Shown: piece by piece, positions 32,200 to 43,140 of the stretch | Position numbering within the stretch: position 1 is the first letter of the stretch | Layout: each line of letters begins with the position of its first letter | Assembly (NCBI GenBank): GCA_040285825.1 | Contig: JAUPSS010000001.1 | Span: 1,426,001-1,490,000 of the forward strand | Direction of reading: 5' to 3' | Length of the DNA stretch: 64,000 nt | Source: Eukaryota sp. TZLM1-RC | Lineage: Eukaryota > Protista > Metamonada: BaSk clade | Translations under genes and position numbers: made by a program | Notes under the pieces: model-generated | Seen by the model: only the letters and a program-made list of their open reading frames with translations | Database searches by the model: none | Told to the model about the DNA's origin: nothing

Positions 32200-33870
32200 T
32201 TGTACAGTGTGAATTCTGTTCAAATAGTTCATCTTGTTTGATAACACAAGTTCCTCGCCGTTTTGAACTATTACTCTCAGAAATTGAATTTTTGACAGTC
32301 ATGCGAATTGCACTTAATCTACCTCCTCATCATTTATCAAACATAAATTGTAAATGTGGTGCTTCTGATGCCGTTAGGCAGATGAACACACGAAGAAGCG
32401 AGAGAAATCTAAGTTTATTAATAAAACTGATTCATAAATGAGTATCACGTCATCAGTCGAAATACAAAGAAACCTACTAATTCAATATGAGTTCAACAAC
32501 AACACTACTTTTTCCCACTTTTCTGAGGACAAATACAGTACTGGCTCAATAGAGGGAAGATATGGGGTTTGTTAAATTCTCCGGTGCATCGTTGGTATGA
32601 GAACGTTGGAGACCTACGGGAAGAATTCCTCTGGCAAATCGGTTCAGAAAAGCTATGTCTGGCAACTTCAGTCCGGAAGCCCTACTCTTTACCTGGAGGA
32701 AACGTCGCAGGTAACAGGACATGCGTTCTCGGACGTCACCAATACGGACATCAAGCTTCAGTTCTGACATAGCCAGACTAAAATCTTCGTACGTGACGAA
32801 CGATACGACAGATTGTAGATGTCTGAGAAGAACATCGTCACTGGATGAGACGTCGGATTTCTGGAGAGATAGGACTCTAACAGAAAAGAATCGACCAAGA
32901 GTCTTGCTGGAACAAGCTCTTTCTTAGGAGTCACCGAAGAATAAATCTTTCACTCCTATAGGAACAGAAGAACACTTACAACTTTCATGGAAGAAAGAGA
33001 CGTCAGGTTAACAGAGGGATCAGTCATCTGAAATAAGAAGGGCCAATAATTATTGATGCCGTTAGGCAGATGAACACACGAAGAAGCGAGAGAAATCTAA
33101 GTTTATTAATAAAACTGATTCATAAATGAGTATCAGGTCATCAGTCGAAATACAAAGAAACCTACTAATTCAATATGAGTTCAACAACAACACTTCTGGT
33201 TCATTTGATCATCCAATTTCCTGCTGTAAATTTACTCAAACAAGATCAATTATCCACGATGCATTTCGTGATTGTATTTATGATTTGTTACAATTTGCTC
33301 ATCATTCAGTTCCTTTGGAACCTTTATTTGATGAATTAAATTTCGGTTTGAGTCAAAAACGAGAAGATATTCACGTGCATGGTATGATGGACCTGAACTA
33401 ATTGTCGATTGTAATACCGTATCTCCATGAAGGAAGAGCTCCAATTCTGACATTCAACATTTACCCAAAATTTCAAAGTTTTCCAAAGAAATCAAAATAC
33501 GAAGTTCTTCTTCAACGTCTCAAGGAAGCAAGAGGCAGAAACATCAAATTTGTTTCAATTGCTATTGTAATATTTGGTACCCTTGGAACCGAAGGTCTCG
33601 AGTTTTTGGATGATTTAAAAAAGTTTCTCAAACAAACTGGTCGGACATTTTTTGATTTGGAAGAACAGAATTTTATTTTCGTTATGGAAAGCCCTTCTTC
33701 GTTATATTAACTCCATTTTGAACAACATTAGGGAGTTTTATAACAAGCGAGTTGCTATGCCAGTGAATAGCGAAAATCTTCCGTCATTCAATTGATAGAA
33801 TTTGAGTAGGTCAAAGTATAAGTTAAGGTTTTTGGTTGAGTTTTAAAATGTGTCTGGTCAGGAATAAAGT
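32200..33870 (+). mobile_element. CRE-like non-LTR 3' fragment, interrupted inside its zinc knuckle by a mini LTR element
   Basis: QVPRRF..CKCGAS | GSFDHPISC..HDAFRD..EP..KY..FGTLG reads through once 32366..33192 is removed. Confidence 0.8.
32366..33192 (-). mobile_element. 827-bp non-autonomous (TRIM-like) LTR element
   Basis: 139-bp direct repeats at 32366..32504 and 33054..33192 (1 mismatch seen), TG...CA termini, TSD CTTC on both sides, PPT AAAAGTGGGAAAAAGTAG on the minus strand, and a gag remnant inside. Confidence 0.92.
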
Positions 33871-35805
33871 TCATATAACTCGTACCACACGTCATCATCA
33901 TAAGTTGGTTTTTCACCATCAAAATTGATGATTTGTGACTATAAATTTGAGCTGAGCACTCAGTTCCGCAATAGACAATTTTCCGTTTTCATTCACACCA
34001 AGGCCAAACCTCATCATTGCTGCTTGAACGTATGAATTGGAACATGCTTTTCAACGGAATGTGAAGATAAGGTACTACTATTTTCTTGCCTCTATTCAAC
34101 ACGTGCATAAGCTTTGACAAGAGGTGAACCTGAAAAAGTAATGTTCATTTGATGTCAATAACAAGTTGTATAGAGAGATGTAAATAAGGAAAACGATTGG
34201 TTATTTGGTTTTAATGGCATTTATAAATTGTGTTAAAGTGTGATTGAGTGATTGATGTTGATAAATGAATTATTTCCTGCAACATTTGTCTTATGAACAG
34301 TTTGTTCCTAGACTAATAACTTTCTGCACTGAAATTTGTGAAAAACCAAAACAAGTTTAATTTATTATTTTTGATTGTAATTTGGAAGAGATTAATAGAT
34401 TACCACGGTTTCTCAATCAAATTAGAGAAGCTTTGGCTAGACATCAAACAGATCAACAGTTTATAGAGGAAATCTTGGTTAATTGAATATCGTCCCATTA
34501 GTTATGATTTTATTGTGTTAAGTTCGCAAATTCAATAAAATGGAATAAAATTAACTTTAACTCATTTACTAAAATGTTCACAATCCAATTTTTCGTTTTT
34601 ATTCTTATTACACTGTCAGTTATCAGTATTGAAGTCTATTTAGAATCGGACCTTGAAATTTCAACTGTTCAACTGTATTTCTCAAAACCTTGGCATAACA
34701 GTATTATGATATTGGTGTTCAATGTCCATAAATGAAAACGACATTTCAGAATTCATCTCTGCTAGCAATGTATCAAAGAATTCGCTTGGGATTGCACAAG
34801 GCATTCTGACGTTTAACTTCGGCAGCATCGCGAACCAAGTATCAATGAAACATACTCTCCCTATTATACCAGGTTCGAACAATTTTTGAATTGGGGTAGA
34901 CATGTTACAACAACTTGGGCTATTGACTTCTGACCGTTTAGTTATTCTACTAGACGAAGAGCGCCGCACCCTGCTAAATGCTGAAGCCATTTTTGATAAC
35001 AGAATTAAAACTCTCCAAATTGGCCATGTAGAATCAACTTCTTGCAGTGAAGAAGATTTCACTTAGCAATTAGGTAGATCTGGATGTGAGTTTAATTTAG
35101 ATGATAGTGAGTATAATAAGAGTTTGTCTGATTTATTAGCTCAAAACAAAAACGTATTCAGCGAAAAGCCCAATAAAAATGGAATCGCTTGTCCACCCAT
35201 GACGATCCCCTTCTGCAATACTAATACAATTGTACATAAACCAGCTCGGGACCTCAACCCAAAGAAATTACAAAAAGCCAATCAGATTTTTGATGAATTG
35301 ATTGAAATGGGCTATGCAATTGAATCGAACCAAAATTTTAGTTCTCCAATAGTATTAGTGATTTACCCTGATGATCGAAAACCTTGGTTGACGGGCGACT
35401 TTAACGGTAGAGATGAGTTAACACTCATACAATTCCGGTCGAGTGTAATTTACGATACTTGTATCTTTAAAAGAACTCAATGCCTTAGAAGTAGCAGATG
35501 CTTTGAAATGGAATGTATGCGCTGTATTTGGCATACCTATGTCTATACATAGTGATAATGGTCCTCAGTTCGCCAATGAAATATTCCAACTGCTTTGCCA
35601 AAGAATAACAATTGAAGTATTTTATTCAATTCCTTACCACTCTGAAGGTAATGGATTGGTTGAAAGAAAACATCGAGATTTGATACAATATATAAAAAAT
35701 TTATTCAAAGCCTACAACGACTATGATGTATGGTCCACATGTGTACCAATAACTCAATTATTAATTAATTCAACCAAAAGGGGAACAACAAGTCACACTC
35801 CGTAC

Positions 35806-37877
35806 CAGCAATGTGTATTATCGATATCTTTTATTTATCTTATCGTGGGACACTTCCGATAAATATATTGTTAACAAAATATCGTATCTTATTTATCGAC
35901 ATATCGAGCCTCAAGACGATGAATATATCGTCAATAATCAAGTGGATAAGTCACAATTTTGTGCTTAAAAACAGTAGTGTTTATTCCTTTAGCTTAAAAT
36001 TCCATATTATCATCACCTAAACCTTCATCGTCTTCGCTATCAACTCCAACATCCTCCAATTCTTTCCCCGACATTAAACGGCGAACTGTTTCATAATCCC
36101 AGAACTGATTGTTATACAATAGGAAAAGTTGCTTTTCAAGACATGCAGGGGTCATGTTTGGTCGTGTCGTACCAGATGTCCTTTTAGCAGCACTAAAAAG
36201 CCTTTCGACTTCACAACTTGTTGCAGAAATCCAGTCAAGATCGATATACTTGGATTCTTTGTTCTTTTTCGCTTGCTGGCGCATTTCCATTCTTTTATCA
36301 AAGTCTAGGTCACCGTTGTCGATATCAGCGATCTGGTCCTTTTCAAAACACTCTATTGCCTTTCTTTCTCTTTCATTGAGTGACTGTTCGTCTTTGTTTT
36401 GTACCTTCACTATGGCTGCCTCAAAGTCTGGGTGTGCTGCATTGTTTGTCGGGTATTTAGTCCAGACAGTCAAGTGAGGGAAATCGTTGTGAAATACCTC
36501 AAAAGCATCATTAGCAAGAGCAAGAGTCAGTTTTGTGCCTTGAAGATAGTTAGTGATCCTTTTGTTTTTAGTCAAATGATCATAAAGTTGACGCAGGGCC
36601 CGTTCTTGTGATGCGTTTGGGAGAAGGTCATCAAAAGAACTGCCAAAAAGCTGAAAAATTCCTGCTTCTTTATACTGGAAGAATCTTTTCAACGTATCAG
36701 CTGCAGACAACCATCTAGTTACATTTCTTTTGGTTGGTCTTCGGGTTGTTTTAGTCCTTAAAACCATTGACCTTTTTACCCGTCGCAACATTGTAAATAT
36801 TTTGTCAATAGCTTTCAGTTCATTAACGAGGCTAGATTGAAGCGTCTTCAGCTCCAAGGCCAATCTGTGAGAGGCACATCCAATGGTAGGAACCCCTAAA
36901 AGTTCACCCAGTTTTGCATTTGTAGGACAGTTATCGCTTACAACAAAGAACAAATTTTGTCGGGTCTTGTTGTAAGCGGCAAGAATGCCGTCAATAATAT
37001 CACAATACTCTTCAGCACCCAGAAGGGTCGTGGCATCGTCAAAAGGTTGTTGGTCAGTCACTTCAAGTTCAGTTTCAAAGGGAGTAAGTGCAAGAAGGAT
37101 AGGTTTTTCGAGACCTAGACCAACAGCAAAGATTCCTACATATTCATAACTCTGAGAACGTTCAAACCAACCATCTACGATGATACCAATTTTCGGCGGT
37201 AAAGTCCGGGACACTTCTTCTACTACCTTAGTGTACAGTAGCTTGAAGTACTTCATAAGAGTTGAACGGCACACTGGTTTAAAGTTGAGATAAGTCGACA
37301 AGATTTTGTCTTCAACAAAGGTAAAAGGTCTTTGTCCAGAGATGAGTAAGTCTAAAGTTGCGAAGACCCTATTAATGTAAGGGACTGGAGGAGAGTGTTC
37401 AACAAAAGCATCAATGGGGCCAGTCTTTTCTTCAATCGTCAAAAGACATCCGTCTAGGGGAAAGTGGCGTGTTTTGATGTGAGAGCAGAGGTTTGTCCAT
37501 CCAGCAGTTTTGGACACCCAGATATAAGTGGCTTCTGGACACTTCTCACACTTCCAAGCAACATGAGTTCGCAAGTAACTCTCTTTTGGTGGTACGGGGA
37601 CAGGGTCAGCCTTCTGAAAATAGTGTCGTGCCACCTTTTGATGGCCGATGGACTTCATTAAAGCCTTTTTTAGACAAGTCATTTGGATTAAACAATTGTG
37701 GGTGATGCAAAACAATTTCAAGTTAATGAGGAAATTATTTATTGTTATTTATCGCAATATATCGGATATCGTTGTACGCCGTCGATAAATATATCGTTCA
37801 CTTTGAGGGCATCGATAAGATAAAGATAAATAAATATATCTTTATCGCACGATAAGATTTATGGATACACATTGCTG
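35806..37877 (-). mobile_element. Intact hAT-superfamily DNA transposon (2072 bp)
   Basis: 13-bp TIR CAGCAATGTGTAT / ATACACATTGCTG. 8-bp TSD CTCCGTAC (35798-35805, 37878-37885). Dense TATCG/CGATA subterminal repeats. Confidence 0.95.
35994..37721 (-). CDS. hAT transposase (true start is probably a downstream ATG)
   Basis: BED-like finger CEKC..GWTNLCSHIKTRH; DGW, SDN, CASHRL, TRW and TSCEVERLFS motifs. Confidence 0.93.
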   Translation of the reverse strand: MKLFCITHNCLIQMTCLKKALMKSIGHQKVARHYFQKADPVPVPPKESYLRTHVAWKCEKCPEATYIWVSKTAGWTNLCSHIKTRHFPLDGCLLTIEEKTGPIDAFVEHSPPVPYINRVFATLDLLISGQRPFTFVEDKILSTYLNFKPVCRSTLMKYFKLLYTKVVEEVSRTLPPKIGIIVDGWFERSQSYEYVGIFAVGLGLEKPILLALTPFETELEVTDQQPFDDATTLLGAEEYCDIIDGILAAYNKTRQNLFFVVSDNCPTNAKLGELLGVPTIGCASHRLALELKTLQSSLVNELKAIDKIFTMLRRVKRSMVLRTKTTRRPTKRNVTRWLSAADTLKRFFQYKEAGIFQLFGSSFDDLLPNASQERALRQLYDHLTKNKRITNYLQGTKLTLALANDAFEVFHNDFPHLTVWTKYPTNNAAHPDFEAAIVKVQNKDEQSLNERERKAIECFEKDQIADIDNGDLDFDKRMEMRQQAKKNKESKYIDLDWISATSCEVERLFSAAKRTSGTTRPNMTPACLEKQLFLLYNNQFWDYETVRRLMSGKELEDVGVDSEDDEGLGDDNMEF

Positions 37878-39146
37878 CTCCGTACGAACTGATGTTTGGG
37901 TTATACATCAACCCAAGATCAGATCCTGTTAACATCCGAAGAGGCAATTGTAATTTTGATTCCAATGTGCCACTTTTGCGAGACCTCAAATTTAAAAATG
38001 TTCGTCTCCAAAAGAAATGGAAAGAAGCAGAACATCCCCAATTATTAAACACACCAAAGTACCTGACGACTGTTGAACAAACAAAAGTATCCGAAAAAGA
38101 CTGTAAACTTTATAACGCTGACGATCCTAACATTGTTAATCTACTTCGGGCAATCGCAGCTACTTCTTCAGGCAAACATGTCATCAAAAAAATCCTTGAC
38201 GAGTATAATACTGCTCAAAGACCCTTCTGTACTGTAAAATGGTTTGGTGGAGATACTACCGAGGAACCACTCCATTCTATTAGATACTCAGAAGTGTATT
38301 AATGATTTAATAAGAAACCAAATACAAGAAAACGTAAATCTATTAAATTATACAACGCAGCTCGGTCTCTTTCCGTGTCCCAGCAAAAGCGTTATCCACA
38401 AAGGAAGCAGAAGAACAACTGTAAATAATTTTAATACAGAAAACGGGAGAAGCTAGTGTAGGTATCGCACTAATGAGTACTTAAGTGTATAACTAGAATA
38501 ACATTAAATAAAATTATCTGTATCTTAACCCGCATTACACCAACAGATTCTAACATTCAGCTAGCATAATGCCTAACGGCAACAACATTGATGCTATTTT
38601 AGAAAGTCGTTTCAATGATGTAATTATTGCTCAAGTATTCAATGAAAATGTATTTTAGATTGACACAATGGTTACAGCAAAGATTAATTGTGTAGCAAGC
38701 ATTCATTGTGACAATTATTGTCAAAACTCGCATTATGTCAGAGACGTTTCACAAATTCAACTGTATGAATTTTTCAACATTATTCAAATGTGACAAAATT
38801 AATGTTAATTTCATAATAATTATATCATTATCTGCACATGTTGCAACTGTGTTGTTCATCAAAAGCACCCTAAGAAGTGTGAAAAGCAAAAAAGAAAATT
38901 GAATGAAGGATATTTACATTAAAACATAATGTCAAAGATATTTATTTACAAATAAACCACATAATATCTTTTAAAAACTAAATAAATTCTGTTAAAAGAT
39001 CTTTTAAAAATTAAATAACACTAACCATTCGATTCTCAAAATCTACATCTTGTACATCTTTTACGTCTAAATAGTCACCAATAATGTGATCAGAAGAACC
39101 ATAAGCACCACATTTACCTATTATTAATTTATTTAATATTAACTAT

Positions 39147-41426
39147 TTATAACAAAGAACCTTTTACAAAGTCACCAAAAAAATCAAGCAAATACTTAGT
39201 AATTGGATACTGAATCCACCATGGAAAACAAGATAATTCTACTAAATATTCATTCTTGATTAGTTTAACAGATTTAATTAAACCTTGATGAATAACTTTT
39301 GTTGGAGATAGGGGAGAATTTGACAGAGTTTGTTGATCAGGTTCAACCATTTGAATGGCTTTTAAAGAAGGAAAGTTTTCTTCAATGACATTGGTTGGAA
39401 CACTGTAATGAATTATCAATTCCTTCAGATTTGGTAATTGAATCTCAACATTTACACGACTGATGAACCAAGCTTCTAATCTAACAATGGACGGAGGTAA
39501 ACCTATTTCTCCAGATAGTAACCTTTTTGAAACACGATCACAAGATACCACCAACTCTTTCAAGGAAGTAAGATAGCCTAAATCATAAACATTATGTACA
39601 TATTGAAGAACTAACTTCACTAGTGAAGTGGGTAATTGTTCTACAATGAAAGGGTAATCAAGGTCAAGAGATTTGAGATTTGACAAATGCGTCAAATCTA
39701 TAGACTGTCTGAAAGGACCTGATCTACGAGCAACCCTAACAACCTCGACATTTGGGAAAAATGATAACAATTGTGGATCATAATCAACTTCATCATAGAA
39801 AACATCAAGTATTTTAATTCTAGTATTAATTACTTTGGAACCATGATAACCAGTAGATAATCGCAATTGTAAATTACATATGTTTTGACTTAAATTTAAA
39901 TCCTGAGGATTATTTAAAAACATAATATTAAAAATTCGATGAGCATTAAACAGTTCTTTGGCAAATTTGACTACCCTCTTACTAATTGAACATTTAGTGA
40001 AAAATCTAGCTTTAACATACGACGGATCAAGAAACACAGTGGCTGAATATTGTAAATATTCAAAGTAAATTAATTTGATGAGACCACTAAACATTCTATC
40101 CACAGGTTGTTTTGGATATTGAAAACTGCCAAGTAATTCAGATCCAAATACTTTGACAGGTTGTGGTCGATCAATCAAATCACCTGTACCTAATTGACCT
40201 TTATCGTTTCTTCCCCAAGCCCAAACAGTGTTTTTGTTGTAGGCAAAAAGAAAGTTTTCACCTACAGAAATACCTTCTATATTAGTGAAAGCTTCAAGAC
40301 AAATTGGTTCATCACAATCTTCATAAAAATCGCTTATTCTGCTTAAACTACCCCACACAAAAACATTACCATCAACATTAATAGTAGCGTAAATACCTCT
40401 ATAACAATTAATAGAAACAATGTTAGTTAACCCTTTAACTTTGATGGGTTTGGTATTAAAAGAATCTTTGTTAGAAACATTGTTAAACTGCCATACATCA
40501 CCATTAGTATTAATTACTAAAAGGTAACCAATTTTTCTTATATCTCGAACTAATGAAACAGAACCCTTAAACGGTGTTCTTGGAGTTAGAAACTGAGTAA
40601 CTGGTATCTTGGTGAAACGCCTCCCACTGTAATAGAAAAAATTGCCAATAGAATCAATTGCGATAAATGAATTACCATCAACGTAAAGAAAAACAATATC
40701 ATTTAAATCTTCAATTAATTCAAACGATTTACCATAACCCCATTTGACAACTTGACCTTCCTGGGTCAGAGCTAATGAAAAACAAGCTCCATTATAAGTT
40801 TCCTTAATATTAAAAGGAATGCTTATTAAAGTAATTGGAAGAAAAATACTGCTGGACATATTAATTTGATTAAACCTATTCCAACCCCAACCATATAACT
40901 TACCTTCAGAAGAAATGGCAAGGGAGTGATTGAAACCAGCGGAAATAGAAATAACGTTAGTTAATGGTATTTTGATTGGTGATTTGATTGCTTCCAATCC
41001 ATGATAAAGAACTTCGCCACAATAATTATCCCCCCAAACATAAACCTCACCAGAATAAGTAAGGAAGAGGGTATGCTCATGACCGCTTGAAATACACTTG
41101 ACTCCAACCACTAAATCCGATCGATCGGGCAGTATATCGGCCGAACTATCAAGGTCATGACGTACTCTGTGCAATTGCCGCAATGAAAGAGGGATAGTAA
41201 AGGGAGACTGGGACATGGGATGACACGCAAGAGAGAAGGAAGATCGAGATGAATCTTCCTCAGCAGAAGAAATGTGGTCAGCAGGTTGTGAGGAATGGTT
41301 GATACCATAACAAACATCAACCTCAGTTAAAACTGGGGATTGGGATTGGTGATGGGAAGCTAAACGAGATGAATCTTGGCCGCTAATTTCTATGTCAGGA
41401 GAATACAATGATTGTGGGTTGGACAT
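39147..41426 (-). CDS. RCC1-repeat + C-terminal LRR-like protein (copy 1)
   Basis: ISAGFNHSLA..WGWN and WGRNDKGQLG RCC1 repeats; LxxLxL repeats at the C-terminus. Shared start MSN(P/Q)QSLY at 41426 (ORF open from 41492). Confidence 0.88.
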   Translation of the reverse strand: MSNPQSLYSPDIEISGQDSSRLASHHQSQSPVLTEVDVCYGINHSSQPADHISSAEEDSSRSSFSLACHPMSQSPFTIPLSLRQLHRVRHDLDSSADILPDRSDLVVGVKCISSGHEHTLFLTYSGEVYVWGDNYCGEVLYHGLEAIKSPIKIPLTNVISISAGFNHSLAISSEGKLYGWGWNRFNQINMSSSIFLPITLISIPFNIKETYNGACFSLALTQEGQVVKWGYGKSFELIEDLNDIVFLYVDGNSFIAIDSIGNFFYYSGRRFTKIPVTQFLTPRTPFKGSVSLVRDIRKIGYLLVINTNGDVWQFNNVSNKDSFNTKPIKVKGLTNIVSINCYRGIYATINVDGNVFVWGSLSRISDFYEDCDEPICLEAFTNIEGISVGENFLFAYNKNTVWAWGRNDKGQLGTGDLIDRPQPVKVFGSELLGSFQYPKQPVDRMFSGLIKLIYFEYLQYSATVFLDPSYVKARFFTKCSISKRVVKFAKELFNAHRIFNIMFLNNPQDLNLSQNICNLQLRLSTGYHGSKVINTRIKILDVFYDEVDYDPQLLSFFPNVEVVRVARRSGPFRQSIDLTHLSNLKSLDLDYPFIVEQLPTSLVKLVLQYVHNVYDLGYLTSLKELVVSCDRVSKRLLSGEIGLPPSIVRLEAWFISRVNVEIQLPNLKELIIHYSVPTNVIEENFPSLKAIQMVEPDQQTLSNSPLSPTKVIHQGLIKSVKLIKNEYLVELSCFPWWIQYPITKYLLDFFGDFVKGSLL

Positions 41427-42239
41427 TGATATGGTGTTGATTGAGTAATTACTGACTTGGATATTTGGTGAAAAATTAAGTTGACAGTCCATGATACAAT
41501 TAAATTTTGAACTCTCATTATATGTAATATTTGATCCTCAGCAGAGCAACTGTGTGTCAAGTGATCAATTTATGTGCTTTTTTCCATAATTATCCATTAT
41601 TCTGACTATAAAAACACTCAATTGTGGTGATCTTTCATTTCAACTAATCTATATATTGTAACTATATATTCAAAAATAAGAAAACGACAGCCTCACGGAA
41701 ATAAATGAATGTTTCAATTACATCGTAGGTCATACATTGTAACTACAAACGTGAGTCCGAAAAATATAAAAAAACAAAAAAAAACCAATTAGTTCAAGAA
41801 ATATTCAGACAAGAATATTCTGATGGGTCATCCAGTACTTGCTTCAAGTACCTGTTTAAAGTTTAATCCTAACAAAGTTAAACTACCAATCCGGTGTTAG
41901 TCTGAAATATTATTAAATAGCTTCAGTATTGTTTTGCTTATTAGTATTGTGGTCTTAGCTTGCATGCAACCAGAGAAAAAACAATTCATCTATGTAAAAA
42001 ATAACTGTAAGCTAAGGCTAAATACTACCTTCTGGATCTGGAAAGTATCAGGTGTAGCATCACGTGAAAGCCAACATAATTTAATTTGTGTTTGTTTCAT
42101 ATTTTTATTTATTTTTATTTCATATGTTAATTTATTTTTATTTTAATTTTCTGCGTAAAAATAACATTTCATTTACTGTATCTTCCCAAATTCTAGACAT
42201 AGACCATCATCCAGATCTAAACCAAACTGTCTTCGCTGC

Positions 42240-42650
42240 TTCTCGATTCTAATTTCACCTCTTCTTTAGTGCTTGTGGTGGTTTCAGTGATCATGTAGTG
42301 TGCCAAACGAAGTGATTTGTCGTTGTGGTCAACAAGTCAATTTGAATCATTTATTGAATTGCAAGTTTAGTATTACATATCGCTCAATTGTTCCTGATGC
42401 AGTTAGAAATCAACTTTGTACATGTGCAAACACCACCATATTGAAGGTTTTGGATAACTTTTTTTGAACTGTATTTTATATTTTTTTGGGTAACCGCTTG
42501 CACCTATGTTGTTACCTGGACATGAAGATGATAATGCTTTTGGAAAACATCGTGCTGATTTAATTACACCTGGTTCTGTTATCAAAGTTGTTGCTGTTGT
42601 TACTGTTGATGTTTGTGAAGAATCTCTAGTGGACAATGCTAAAAAAAGAA
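42240..42650 (+). mobile_element. CRE-like endonuclease fragment
   Basis: HLLNCK...FGKHRADLITPG..VTVDVC, homologous to the 55020 ORF. Confidence 0.7.
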
Positions 42651-43140
42651 ACCCTACTATATATGTTCTACTGAAAAGTAGCTACGTATCGTGTTTCTAT
42701 CATCCTACTCCATCAAACAACGATTTACAAGATTCTGTAGTCAAAAATTGATGTAAAAAAGAAACAAAATTGATGTGATGTACACCATGCATTAAAGGTG
42801 ATGTGGTTTTAAGATGTTACTTAACAATTGTGAAAAAATGCAACTTTTCGTTTCAAAGAATTTAAACAAAATTGGGCTCCGGATGAACTCAATCAAATGT
42901 GTTTTACTTTCAAAATTCTTCAATAAAAAATTCTTCAATCACAGCAAAAGTTGATGGTATTGAAATTCGGGCCAAATATATTCAACTAATGCTATTCGTT
43001 TTCTGGGTACTCTTCTATGTAATAATGAAAAATTTTAAACAATTTTTATGTTAATTGTTTTGCCAAAACAAAAAAAAGTGAGGGTCGGGGTCATTCACCC
43101 ATCACATAATCAGAGTAATTACTCAATCAACACCATATCA

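Larger units (their letters stand above)
34740..38545 (+). mobile_element. Decayed Ty3/Gypsy element (PR/RT/IN remnants, chromodomain-like, probable 3' LTR ~38457..38545), split by a hAT insertion
   Basis: ORFs 35124, 35503 and 37892 are homologous to the 20347 element's Pol. Purine tract GAAAACGGGAGAAGCTAG followed by TGTAGG...CACCAACA. No 5' LTR found. Confidence 0.8.

Noticed and set aside
34690-34720. Possible palindromic junction for the third Gypsy (ACAGTATTATGATATTGGTG)
   Set aside because: Not a palindrome, and no upstream copy of the 38457 LTR; cannot be supported.
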